DNA from: a virus
Taxonomy: Duplodnaviria; Heunggongvirae; Uroviricota; Caudoviricetes
IMG/VR virus record: IMGVR_UViG_3300029605_000001
DNA length: 64,000 bases
Reading direction: 5' to 3' (one strand)
Shown: positions 53,640 through 62,277 of the stretch, in pieces
Numbering within the stretch: the stretch's first letter is position 1
Layout of the letters: each line of letters begins with the position of its first letter
Program-made: the position numbers and the translations under genes
The notes under the pieces: generated by a model
Told to the model about the DNA's origin: nothing
Seen by the model: the letters and a program-made list of their open reading frames with translations, nothing else
Database searches by the model: none

Positions 53640-53932
53640 AATACCTCTTTCATAAATAACGTAGTAATAACATCTATATTCATTCTAATCTGGGAATAGA
53701 TATCCCATTTTTCCTCTTTCCTTTGATTAGGCCAATCAGATAATATTATTTCGTATTCACATCTAGCCCACCATCTTGCCGCACTAAATCCAAGTATGAA
53801 GTTAGCAAATGAATCAAAAGTAGTAGGCTTATTCTCTCTTTCATTATAAGCCTCAATCAAGGGAGGCATTATATTATATGGCTCAAATTTATTTGCATTT
53901 ACGTTATATATAATCACATTAAATGGTGTCAT
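53636..53932 (-). CDS. Hypothetical phage protein
   Basis: Track ORF with W.RCEYEIILSDWP motif and ATGA overlaps. Confidence 0.75.
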   Translation of the reverse strand: MTPFNVIIYNVNANKFEPYNIMPPLIEAYNERENKPTTFDSFANFILGFSAARWWARCEYEIILSDWPNQRKEEKWDIYSQIRMNIDVITTLFMKEVL

Positions 53933-54423
53933 ATTACATATTTTTTAACAATTTCAGAGATCATTTTACCATCAGCTTGAGGGAACTGAACTTTTATAGC
54001 TTTATCTATAAACTATTGAGTAGTAAGTAGTTTAGATTCCATATAACATTTTGGACAACCTTTCCCCTGTAATAAATTGTTTGGAGTAGTCTCAAAATCA
54101 CCGTGTGCAGGGCAAGTGATTATGACCTTAGTATGCTGGTTTACATACTTAACCTTACTGTAATTACTATTGACCTGTTTTGCTTTCTCTATAAAAGTTT
54201 CCTTAGAATCACTGAGTTTATCAGATTTAGATTTTGCAGAGCATTTTGGACATTTTCTTCCTGCTAAAAAATTATTTGGAGATATTAGAAATTCCCCATG
54301 TTCAGGGCAAATTATACAAACCTTATTTTTAGCTGTTGTATAATCTACTTTATCATAACAGTATTCAGGATGTATGGATATTGCCTGTTGTATAAATTCC
54401 TAAGTTGTTTTTCTTTTACTCAT
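53929..54423 (-). CDS. Chimeric ORF: homing-endonuclease-type Zn-ribbon repeats fused to YqeY-like C-terminus (2 in-frame TAG)
   Basis: Two CPxHGxF...CPKC repeats, then KVQFPQADGKMISEIVKKYVI. ATGA overlaps at both ends. TAG at 54400-02 and 54013-15. Confidence 0.7.
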
Positions 54424-54710
54424 ACTTCATTCCACCCCTCATTATTACATATCCATAAAGCATGATATAAGCACCCGTACTCAACACTTAAGCATCTCAT
54501 ATAAATGTCGTCCTTATTAGGGAGAGAATCAAATAACTTTTTCATTTCTTCCTCCGGAAATACCCATCTAGACTCAAAGTAAACATCTACACTTGTATCA
54601 CCGTCTTCTATCTCAGCGTAGGGCCAATCATGGAAGAAGTTAATTATCGTATCAATGTTTTGTCTGTCTTCAGAGTAGGCGTACAGCGTATTATCACATA
54701 TGTTTGCCAT
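54420..54710 (-). CDS. Hypothetical protein, possibly YubB/ferredoxin-like fold
   Basis: MANICDN...FESRWVFP...EYG pattern. Confidence 0.65.
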   Translation of the reverse strand: MANICDNTLYAYSEDRQNIDTIINFFHDWPYAEIEDGDTSVDVYFESRWVFPEEEMKKLFDSLPNKDDIYMRCLSVEYGCLYHALWICNNEGWNEV

Positions 54711-54903
54711 TCTTAAAATTGTCTATATCATTACGGTTTGTATTTATCATATCTCTATTCTTAGAAATATTATTAGCATTCTTATTAATAGATTCTTTTA
54801 ATTTTCTAAACTCTTCCTGAGTTCTATGTAGATCTTTTTTTAACTGAAACTCGACAAAAAATATAAAGAAAATGAGACATAATATTGGAACTACATGTGT
54901 CAT
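54694..54903 (-). CDS. Small membrane-anchored coiled-coil protein
   Basis: N-terminal hydrophobic helix followed by a heptad-like segment. Confidence 0.6.
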   Translation of the reverse strand: MTHVVPILCLIFFIFFVEFQLKKDLHRTQEEFRKLKESINKNANNISKNRDMINTNRNDIDNFKNGKHM

Positions 54904-54915
54904 AATAAATTTTAC

Positions 54916-55449
54916 TTAAATAAAATCATACAATGCTATATCTTCATGCTCTGTACTTATCTCATCTTTCTTTCTATATAAAAATGGAAATATTTTCTCA
55001 TATAACTTAGAACTATTTGAATACTTATTAGAGTAATTTATAATTCTTAAATTATTATATGTAATACTTCTATGATTTACTTTAACTAGTAATACATTTT
55101 TATATCTATCTTTTAGTGCATTACATATATTGACAAATTTTTCTTTTTCATACTTATTTCTAAAATCACCTGCGTATGAAAAAATTATATAAGTATTATC
55201 ATTACATGATTTTTCTATTATTGACTGTATTATCTCAAATACATCTCCTCTTAATAGTAATGGGCCATTTGCAAATGTAATAATATTATCTAAATAATCA
55301 AATTTAACTTTAATATCAAAACACCTAACTCCTGTTAAATATTGTTTATACCATGATTTCCTTTGACATCTAAAGAAAGGTAATAAAAAGTATCCCCACC
55401 AGTATTTAGGCTTAAGATATGTCATTGAATTATTAGTACCAATAATCAT
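54916..55449 (-). CDS. PI-PLC X-domain-like phosphodiesterase homologue
   Basis: IGTNNSMTY...RCQ...QY..GVRCFDIKV, compared with the PI-PLC consensus GTHNS...Q...QL..GVR.FD.R. Confidence 0.65.
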   Translation of the reverse strand: MIIGTNNSMTYLKPKYWWGYFLLPFFRCQRKSWYKQYLTGVRCFDIKVKFDYLDNIITFANGPLLLRGDVFEIIQSIIEKSCNDNTYIIFSYAGDFRNKYEKEKFVNICNALKDRYKNVLLVKVNHRSITYNNLRIINYSNKYSNSSKLYEKIFPFLYRKKDEISTEHEDIALYDFI

Positions 55450-55593
55450 ATATTAGTTTAAGTTATTAATTACTTAGGTTTTTCAGGTTTATTAAACCTA
55501 AAATTCCATGTTATTGTTATAATAAATAATCCAAGCATTGGAATAGCTAGGATTATCCAATATAAAGTACACTTAATATAGTACCATATCAAT

Positions 55594-55839
55594 TTAATAT
55601 AATACAGAATATATTTTAAAATAGTAATGTAGTTGCACATAGATAATATCCCAAATACCTACAACTAACCACGAGTAATTAATCCATGGTATATTTACAA
55701 CAGTATCTAGGATAGATTCATTAAATACTGATTTCTTATTTTTATATCTAGCATACATATATACTATAAAAGCATATATATTTAGTATGATAGAAATTAA
55801 TTGGAATTCCAATGTATAAAAGTGAATCATATAAAACAA
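55594..55839 (-). CDS. Hydrophobic hypothetical protein
   Basis: Track ORF on the coding strand of this arm. Boundaries uncertain. Confidence 0.35.
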   Translation of the reverse strand: MFYMIHFYTLEFQLISIILNIYAFIVYMYARYKNKKSVFNESILDTVVNIPWINYSWLVVGIWDIIYVQLHYYFKIYSVLY

Positions 55840-55857
55840 GATTTAGCATGCATAAGT

Positions 55858-56133
55858 TCAACTATTAATTTCCTTAATTTCCTCATCAGTATACCAGTAT
55901 TTTAACTTTAACGGTCTAAAACTAAGTACCATCCTTCCATAGCTATATTTATCTAGAAACCAGTTAAATGATAGATTATCAGGATTATAAGTTCCATTTT
56001 CTATTTTTCTTCGTTCATATTCTGAACAAAGCTGACATATATTCAATCTGAATCTTAAAACATTGTCATTTCTAATCATAAAATATAATAGAAATACAAG
56101 CAATATAATTATAAATGCTAAAAGAATATCCAT
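55858..56133 (-). CDS. Hypothetical protein with N-terminal transmembrane helix
   Basis: Track ORF with a SY.RM..SF.PL...W motif. Confidence 0.7.
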   Translation of the reverse strand: MDILLAFIIILLVFLLYFMIRNDNVLRFRLNICQLCSEYERRKIENGTYNPDNLSFNWFLDKYSYGRMVLSFRPLKLKYWYTDEEIKEINS

Positions 56134-56181
56134 ATCAAAAAAGAATTTAATTAGTAAAATCCAATTATCTCTATATATTAT

Positions 56182-56481
56182 TTAAACTAGCTTATGTGCT
56201 AGACCATAAACATTTTTAGTCCACCCATTCATATATCCCTGGTTATTTCCTATTAAGCAACCTTTCTTAGAGGAAATAGAATATACTTTATGAGTTACAC
56301 ATACCCCATGAACCTTACAAAATACAATATCCCCTACCTTACATTTATCCCAGGTTATTGGAGTTAGTAAGTGTGGTTCATTACTTTTGTATATTGGAAG
56401 CATAGAGTTTCCAGGTTCTTTAGTAATGAAAGACTCTCCTTTCAAGAGTCTTTCAATTTTCTTAAAAGTATTAGGGTTCAT
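56182..56481 (-). CDS. S24/S26 peptidase-like protein
   Basis: GNSMLP...GDIVFCKV...THKV...GNN. Start taken at MNPNT. Confidence 0.7.
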   Translation of the reverse strand: MNPNTFKKIERLLKGESFITKEPGNSMLPIYKSNEPHLLTPITWDKCKVGDIVFCKVHGVCVTHKVYSISSKKGCLIGNNQGYMNGWTKNVYGLAHKLV

Positions 56482-56749
56482 ATACGTATACTCTTCCAGA
56501 TTTAACAATCTCTATCGGGGTGTCAGGTTCTATACTTGGGAAGTTAACATCTCTATAATCAAGGTTAGTTACTACATCTTTATCTTTATAAGTGTAACCG
56601 CTACTGTCTAGACATAGCCATCCCATACCATCCCCAGATCGTATAAATCCTCCACTATCAGAATGTGTAGGTTTATTACCTTGGGTTATCCATCTTTTCC
56701 CAGCATTAAGAACATACCAATATGTTCCGACAACTTTATCTTCTACCAT
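56471..56749 (-). CDS. Hypothetical protein
   Basis: Track ORF overlapping both neighbours. Confidence 0.65.
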   Translation of the reverse strand: MVEDKVVGTYWYVLNAGKRWITQGNKPTHSDSGGFIRSGDGMGWLCLDSSGYTYKDKDVVTNLDYRDVNFPSIEPDTPIEIVKSGRVYVYEP

Positions 56750-56910
56750 ATTCCTAGTATATTATTTTCTTTATTATACATTTGCTTTTGGAAACCTTGT
56801 ACCTGATCATTTGTTAGGTTCGATATCCATTCTTCAAACAAATGCTTATATTTTGGTAGGTTACTACTATAAAATTCTTTTCGTAACCATTCATACAATT
56901 TCTCAGACAT
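56743..56910 (-). CDS. Small hypothetical protein (55 aa) ending in TAG
   Basis: MSEKLYEWLRKEF...KYKHLFEEWISNL fills the gap between ORFs. Its TAG overlaps the next gene start (ATGGTAG). Confidence 0.65.
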   Translation of the reverse strand: MSEKLYEWLRKEFYSSNLPKYKHLFEEWISNLTNDQVQGFQKQMYNKENNILGIW

Positions 56911-56927
56911 ATTTACTTAATTTTTGT

Positions 56928-57596
56928 TTATTCTTTATAAGCTTCGTCTGGAGTAATATGACTTTTTAAAGTATATTGTATACTATTTTTCTCCTGAAGC
57001 TTTATTATTTCTTTGACTTTCTCCCAAGACATTGGAGTATAATTATTATTGTCAACCCCTACATCATATTGATATGGAAATCTATACCGAAGTCTTTCTA
57101 TGTCTTTTCCAGTAGCCCCAGGGTGCTCATGTACATGTCCGTGCAATTGTATTACACAATCTTCAGGATTTCTATAAGTTCCAGCATAACAAAGAAATGG
57201 ATAATGATTAAGTATTACTTTGTACTTATCATCAATCTTTAACAACATTTGATAATGCACACTTTCAAAAAGTTCTATTATCTTATCTCCAGGCCATCTA
57301 GTAGTATCATGATTGCCAAGTATTAAATGATGTTTGCCATTTAATTGAGATAGTATTTCTTTCCATCTCCAATTAGGAGCAAATGCAAAATCTCCTAAAT
57401 CAAATACTATATCATTTTTACCTACAACAGAATTCCAATTTTCTATTAAGGCTTTATCCATCTCTTCTACAGTTTCCCACGGTCTATTACAAAACTTAAT
57501 GATGTTTTTGTGGCCAAAGTGCAGTTACAGGTCCGAGGTAAAATAAATATTCACCTCGGACGATTTTAATTTTAATGGTTTAACATTTTCAAACAT
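56928..57596 (-). CDS. Calcineurin-like metallophosphoesterase with in-frame CTG-TAA-CTG interruption
   Basis: IYFTSDL*LHFGH, LGDF, LGNHD, HYP, LHGHVH and DVGVD all in one frame from ATG 57596. TAA at 57525-57527. Confidence 0.85.
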
Positions 57597-57610
57597 ACTT
57601 ACTATAATTA

Positions 57611-57820
57611 TTATTTAGTACTTTTATAATCGAGAGTCATGGTTAAATAGGTTATAGCATCTAGTTCTCCTCTACTTAGAGAAATAAGTTTATCACCTAT
57701 ACTAATATCCCATCCTTCTCCATTAGCCCATTCTGTAGCTTCAATATATTTATCATCATTTATCAGACAATCATATAACTTTAAATTATCTGATACTGAT
57801 TTTCTATTTGACATTTCCAT
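57611..57820 (-). CDS. Hypothetical protein
   Basis: Track ORF with TEW.NGEGWDI motif. Confidence 0.75.
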   Translation of the reverse strand: MEMSNRKSVSDNLKLYDCLINDDKYIEATEWANGEGWDISIGDKLISLSRGELDAITYLTMTLDYKSTK

Positions 57821-57821
57821 A

Positions 57822-58244
57822 TTATAATTTCAATACAGTATAGCACCATTTGATATCTGCAAATTCAATGTATATTTCAGATTCCCCAGAATGTCTTTGG
57901 AGGAGTCTCATTGTTCCTCTATCATTATCTTGATCTGTAAATTTAAATACCATGTGATAATCATTATCTGAGTCATAATAATTACCTTCAGACTTATAGA
58001 TGGAATAAATCTGAGTTACTGGAGAATATACAGTAACTACACTAGTATCAAAATTTATAGTTAATAACATGTTTGACTTTTCCCAACTAGACCATCCAGT
58101 CCACTTATGGTAGAGTTCGTCATATTGATTAATAGAAAATGCAACAGTTTTATAATTAATAATCTGTGAAAATACAGTTTGACTTGTAAACAGTAATACT
58201 ATAATAAGCATTACCTTAATTATAAGATTTTTAACATGTCCCAT
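57822..58244 (-). CDS. Secreted/periplasmic hypothetical protein with signal peptide
   Basis: Hydrophobic N-terminus ending VFSQ, followed by a beta-rich body. Confidence 0.7.
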   Translation of the reverse strand: MGHVKNLIIKVMLIIVLLFTSQTVFSQIINYKTVAFSINQYDELYHKWTGWSSWEKSNMLLTINFDTSVVTVYSPVTQIYSIYKSEGNYYDSDNDYHMVFKFTDQDNDRGTMRLLQRHSGESEIYIEFADIKWCYTVLKL

Positions 58245-58911
58245 AGTCTGTTTCTATATAAAAATTTATTGATTCATTATACAAACTTTTTAATAAATTA
58301 TTCATTGAGATAAATAAAGTTGGTGACATCTTCTCACCCCTTCTAGCATAATATGCTGGATGATATTCTTCAATAATGTGCTGAGGACCTATAATATCCT
58401 CTTTAAATAGCTTAGCTTGATTTCCAAAAAGAACAAAAATCAGCCCGCAATTCACTTCACATAAATTTCTAATTAAAGAAGATATAAATGGTTTCCATAT
58501 TGTAAAGTGAGAACCTACTTTATTTACTTCACAAGTTAAAGCTGTATTAATCATTAGAATACCTTGGCTAGCCCACGATTCTAGAGTATTGTCAAATATT
58601 ATTCTATTGTGGGGTACCTCATAATTAATAGCAGCTTCTTTTATAACTCTTAAAGAAGGAGAAATATTAATAGTATTTACTGAATTACCAAATAGTATAC
58701 CAGTAGCTACTCCCTTTTGAGGATATGGATCTTGTCCTAGAAATATGGCCTTACATCTACTATATGGGCATAACCTAAATGCCTTAAAAATGTTATTAAT
58801 AGTAGGGCAAAGTAAAGACTGGTCTACTGTCTTTAACCATCTAATTATTTTATATAACTCAGACTTGTCAATTACATTAGACCAATCCCCAAAGTATTCA
58901 TCAATGGTCAT
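58231..58911 (-). CDS. ung: Uracil-DNA glycosylase (family 1)
   Basis: LGQDPYP, SPSL, WASQGILMINTALT and HPA motifs. Confidence 0.93.
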   Translation of the reverse strand: MTIDEYFGDWSNVIDKSELYKIIRWLKTVDQSLLCPTINNIFKAFRLCPYSRCKAIFLGQDPYPQKGVATGILFGNSVNTINISPSLRVIKEAAINYEVPHNRIIFDNTLESWASQGILMINTALTCEVNKVGSHFTIWKPFISSLIRNLCEVNCGLIFVLFGNQAKLFKEDIIGPQHIIEEYHPAYYARRGEKMSPTLFISMNNLLKSLYNESINFYIETDYGTC

Positions 58912-59062
58912 CTACTTCTTTTATCCATATTGTTAAAGCATCATCTTCTATTAATTCCACTTCATCAACAGTGTAATCTTTAGTATCATCTGGATTTAAC
59001 ACTTCTATTTCTAGATTTTCGTCATACCTACTAAGTACTTTAATTAATTCTTTTATTGTCAT
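58901..59062 (-). CDS. Small acidic hypothetical protein (53 aa)
   Basis: MTIKELIKVLSRYDENLEI..., coupled overlaps on both sides. Confidence 0.65.
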   Translation of the reverse strand: MTIKELIKVLSRYDENLEIEVLNPDDTKDYTVDEVELIEDDALTIWIKEVDDH

Positions 59063-59393
59063 AGTTTGTTATTATTTAACCATTCAACACTTACAAAATA
59101 GGCTGAAGATCCAAAATCTTCTATACCTTTCTCATCATTTATGAGATAAGAATTATCTCTAAATCCTTCTATTTCCATTTAGCAATTGCTATATAATCAT
59201 CCTGATAATCCCACCAATATGCAGAAATAAAATCTCCATCATCGCATTGAAAGCCTACTCTTATTCCTCTTGGATTAAAATCCCCATTAATTCACTTGTG
59301 ATTAAAAGCTATTACTTCTACTCCAATAGGAGGTAGACACTCTTTACTATATTTATGCCAAACAGTATTATTGATAATTACATCATTAGTCAT
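59059..59393 (-). pseudogene. Two gene remnants fused by deletion, with an internal TGA
   Basis: MTNDV...PPIGVEVIAFNHK*INGDFNPRGIRVGF...WW continues in frame past the TGA at 59292. A second frame then gives MEIEGFRDNSYLINDEKGIEDFGSSAYFV (59059-59178). Confidence 0.55.
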
Positions 59394-59559
59394 TAGGATC
59401 ATGAGTTTGATAATATAGTACTTCATCTGGATGATATTTATGTTGGTATTCACAGAAAGCTTCTTGCTCGTTTGCAGAAGTTTCCTTATCATAGTCTTCA
59501 AGTGATAAGGAATTAAGATATCTCTCTTCTGTCATTTCTACTTTATTTTGTACCTTCAT
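59386..59559 (-). CDS. Small hypothetical protein (57 aa)
   Basis: MKVQNKVEMTEERYLNSL...HPDE. Better codon fit than the overlapping track ORF 59292-59501. Confidence 0.55.
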   Translation of the reverse strand: MKVQNKVEMTEERYLNSLSLEDYDKETSANEQEAFCEYQHKYHPDEVLYYQTHDPND

Positions 59560-59577
59560 ATATCATAATTTTTATAG

Positions 59578-59871
59578 TTATTTTTTCTTTATATAGTCTT
59601 TAACAACTACAGTACGTTCTACTTCCTCTACTTCATAAGGTTGCTCCTCAAAATAATTATCTTGACATTCGGTAAGACCTTCTTCCCACTCAATACAGAA
59701 TAATTTATCCTTTATTTTAATAATAGTACTAGCAGATCTAGACCATCTGAGATTTTCTCCGTATTCTGTAGTTACTTTATCACACTCGAACACAGCTGCT
59801 CTGAGTTCTTTCTCAGTAAGATGTTCTCCATTATAGATTTTCTTCTCTAATTCTGTCATTGATGTACCCAC
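59578..59871 (-). CDS. Hypothetical phage protein
   Basis: Track ORF with RWSR...GLTECQDN...QPYEV. Probable start at MTELE. Confidence 0.75.
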   Translation of the reverse strand: MGTSMTELEKKIYNGEHLTEKELRAAVFECDKVTTEYGENLRWSRSASTIIKIKDKLFCIEWEEGLTECQDNYFEEQPYEVEEVERTVVVKDYIKKK

Positions 59872-60730
59872 GTTTAATAAATTCTTGTCTTAATGGTTCT
59901 ACTAATTCTACTACAGTAGGATGAGGTTTACCAGTCTTAGCTATTTCACTCCTTAAATCAAAGAAATGTTCATAATCAGAAACAAATCCAGTCATAATTA
60001 CTTCAGCTTTAGTGCCTTGAATTAAGAAATACGCTGCTTGCTGTGGTTGCCATCCCTTATTAATCCATTTAAAATAAATAGATTCAATAGTTTTCAAATC
60101 CTCTTCAAATTCTTCTTGTTCTTCATCCTTTAACCATATAGGAGTAGCAAATGATACACTAGAGCCAAACTTCTGTTTAATATAATTACAGAATCTTGTA
60201 GACTCAATAGCCCAGGAGAATACCCTATGTCTTGTAATATCTTTATAGAAGTGAATATCAGATATATATCTTACACATATTCTCTTTTCATGATATTCTG
60301 TAGGTTCACAAAGATATTTCAAATCATCCATCCAACCATTTTCTACTAGTACACGTAAATTGGTAGTAATTGCATATTGACTTAAGCCTAAACCATCTTC
60401 TCCATAAATATCTTTAAAGTCATTTTTGCTTTCATCATCTAAACCTATACAAATAACTTTAGAATACTTATTCTTTTTATATTTTTCTATAAATATGTTA
60501 TCTTGTTTAGAATAGCAATTATGTTTAAAATATAAATACACGGTACCATGTTCCAACATAGCACCATGTCCTGATTTAATCATTCTCTCCACAAAGCCCT
60601 TAGCTGAATCTTCTGTAATCTTATCTTCTGAACGGTAGCAGGTCCTCCCCGCCAATTCTATCATTTTATAGATACCGTCTATACCTGGTTGTTGCTCTAA
60701 AATTTCAAGCGAAGGCTTAACTAACTTCAT
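59831..60730 (-). CDS. thyX: FAD-dependent thymidylate synthase
   Basis: AGRTCY, GHGAMLEH, RHRVFSWAIESTRF (RHRx7S) and FFDLR...HP motifs. Confidence 0.92.
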   Translation of the reverse strand: MKLVKPSLEILEQQPGIDGIYKMIELAGRTCYRSEDKITEDSAKGFVERMIKSGHGAMLEHGTVYLYFKHNCYSKQDNIFIEKYKKNKYSKVICIGLDDESKNDFKDIYGEDGLGLSQYAITTNLRVLVENGWMDDLKYLCEPTEYHEKRICVRYISDIHFYKDITRHRVFSWAIESTRFCNYIKQKFGSSVSFATPIWLKDEEQEEFEEDLKTIESIYFKWINKGWQPQQAAYFLIQGTKAEVIMTGFVSDYEHFFDLRSEIAKTGKPHPTVVELVEPLRQEFIKRGYINDRIREENL

Positions 60731-61293
60731 ACTTCAATAACTTCAATTCTAGTAGTACATGCACAATCTTCACACCAACATTTATTGTCATCATTACCAC
60801 CAATATACTGGTTAGTGTTTGGGTCTACCCAATCTAGTACTTGAATATTAGTTCCTCCACATTGTGAACATACATATTTCTGTACTTTAGAAGTTTCTAT
60901 AAATCCATTCTTTATTAAAAGTACAAACATATTATATACAGCAAGTAATAAATCACTTTCGCTTTCCACTGTAGTACCTTTATAATTTTCACTAATTGGG
61001 TCATAAGTAACTTTATAATTACCATTAGTAGGGTCTATTCGGATTTCAAAGAAAGCATTAGTATCATCTTTTATTATTCTCTTAGGAAGTTTATTAAATA
61101 AATCCTGGAGAGTATAAATATACCCTGCGAATTCTGTATTAGATCCTATTAGTTTATATTTAATATCATTAGGAACAATAAACTTATCCCCATCTTCTAG
61201 ATCAAAAAAAGCTGAATGACTCGCATCACTAGTATCTACTCCTAGTTCAAGTAGATACTTCATTTGCTCAAAACTTAGTACTTGATTATTCAT
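60727..61293 (-). CDS. Hypothetical protein with C-terminal Zn ribbon
   Basis: Track ORF with CSQC...CEDC at the C-terminus. Confidence 0.75.
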   Translation of the reverse strand: MNNQVLSFEQMKYLLELGVDTSDASHSAFFDLEDGDKFIVPNDIKYKLIGSNTEFAGYIYTLQDLFNKLPKRIIKDDTNAFFEIRIDPTNGNYKVTYDPISENYKGTTVESESDLLLAVYNMFVLLIKNGFIETSKVQKYVCSQCGGTNIQVLDWVDPNTNQYIGGNDDNKCWCEDCACTTRIEVIEV

Positions 61294-61332
61294 TATTTTA
61301 TATATTTATTTATAATACACCAGCGTGGCGTC

Positions 61333-61416
61333 TCATATCATACTTGCCTTACTTGTATTTAATCCAAGTTCTTGCAAGTGTTCCATTTGTTCTATTGATA
61401 ATATCTGCTTACTCAT
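61333..61416 (-). pseudogene. Truncated paralogue of the N-terminus of 60727-61293
   Basis: MSKQILSIEQMEHLQELGLNTSKAS versus MNNQVLSFEQMKYLLELGVDTSDAS. Stops after 27 aa. Confidence 0.65.
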
Positions 61417-61420
61417 AATC

Positions 61421-61642
61421 TTAGTAGCAATAAGGTTTATTTATTTCCATTTTATCACCACAATATTTGCACATAGAAGTCATCGGAGAATAAACTCTTC
61501 CACACTTAGGGCATATCCATCCATATTGAAGGAATACAGGAGTATCTTGTTTATTTTCAGTTATTATAGAGGAATAATGCTCATTAAGAGATTTTAAATT
61601 ATTAGTTTTATTCATAGCTATCTGGATAAAGTATTTGATCAA
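61421..61642 (-). CDS. Small Zn-ribbon protein
   Basis: GWICPKCGRVYSP...CKYC. Probable start at MNKTN. Confidence 0.7.
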   Translation of the reverse strand: MIKYFIQIAMNKTNNLKSLNEHYSSIITENKQDTPVFLQYGWICPKCGRVYSPMTSMCKYCGDKMEINKPYCY

Positions 61643-61895
61643 TTATGTTTATTAACTTATTTTTAAATATATCATCATAAAAATTACTATCTTCTAGTAT
61701 TATCATAAGCTTTTCAGCCTCAAGATTTGCTTTAGCCTCTTCGATTTTAATTCTTCTATTTTGTTCAGCTTCTGTAAATTGAGCTTTACCATTTTGTTCG
61801 GCTTTCCATACTTTATACTTAGGATACCCAAATAGAATTCCAAATATAATAGCTAAAAATACAACTACTGATAATATAATTTCTCTAATTTTCAT
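61608..61895 (-). CDS. Membrane-anchored coiled-coil (SPFH/flotillin-like) protein, probably truncated or chimeric
   Basis: Transmembrane helix, then YPKYKVW...AEQNRRIKIEEAKANLEAEKL, then an abrupt change in composition. Confidence 0.55.
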   Translation of the reverse strand: MKIREIILSVVVFLAIIFGILFGYPKYKVWKAEQNGKAQFTEAEQNRRIKIEEAKANLEAEKLMIILEDSNFYDDIFKNKLINIIDQILYPDSYE

Positions 61896-61902
61896 AATAC
61901 TA

Positions 61903-62250
61903 TTAATTTTCATAAACGACTTCAAAATCATCTACATTCCATCCTTCATATTTTTCTGCCATTGCTTCAGCCACATCAAAATTTCTTAATACATATTCAA
62001 TATCTTGTGGGAGATAAATTTGATTATTTACAGCAGATTTTAAATCACAACTTGAAATATCAATGTCTTCAAATGTATTTCCATCTTCATCTACTCCAGA
62101 GTCTATAACAGTATAATCAGATACTTTTATTTTAACTGTCTTACTTAGAGTTACGGAGACACATACTTCAATCTCCTTACTTTTCTTATCCTCTTCATTC
62201 CAGGGAGCTGATGAATTATCAGCCCCTTCTGGATAATCATAGTTATTCAT
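61903..62250 (-). CDS. Acidic hypothetical protein
   Basis: Track ORF with YPEGAD..APWN motif. Confidence 0.75.
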   Translation of the reverse strand: MNNYDYPEGADNSSAPWNEEDKKSKEIEVCVSVTLSKTVKIKVSDYTVIDSGVDEDGNTFEDIDISSCDLKSAVNNQIYLPQDIEYVLRNFDVAEAMAEKYEGWNVDDFEVVYEN

Positions 62251-62277
62251 TTTTACTAATTTAAATTATAGCACTTA

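Noticed and set aside
57522..57530. CTG-TAA-CTG as a functional group I mini-intron or simple stop readthrough
   Set aside because: Six nt cannot form a ribozyme. Readthrough would insert two residues into the DxH motif, and TAA is the main stop codon in this genome.
59292..59501. Track ORF of 69 aa as given
   Set aside because: Its 5' half overlaps a better ORF (59386-59559). Only the part from ATG 59393 looks coding.
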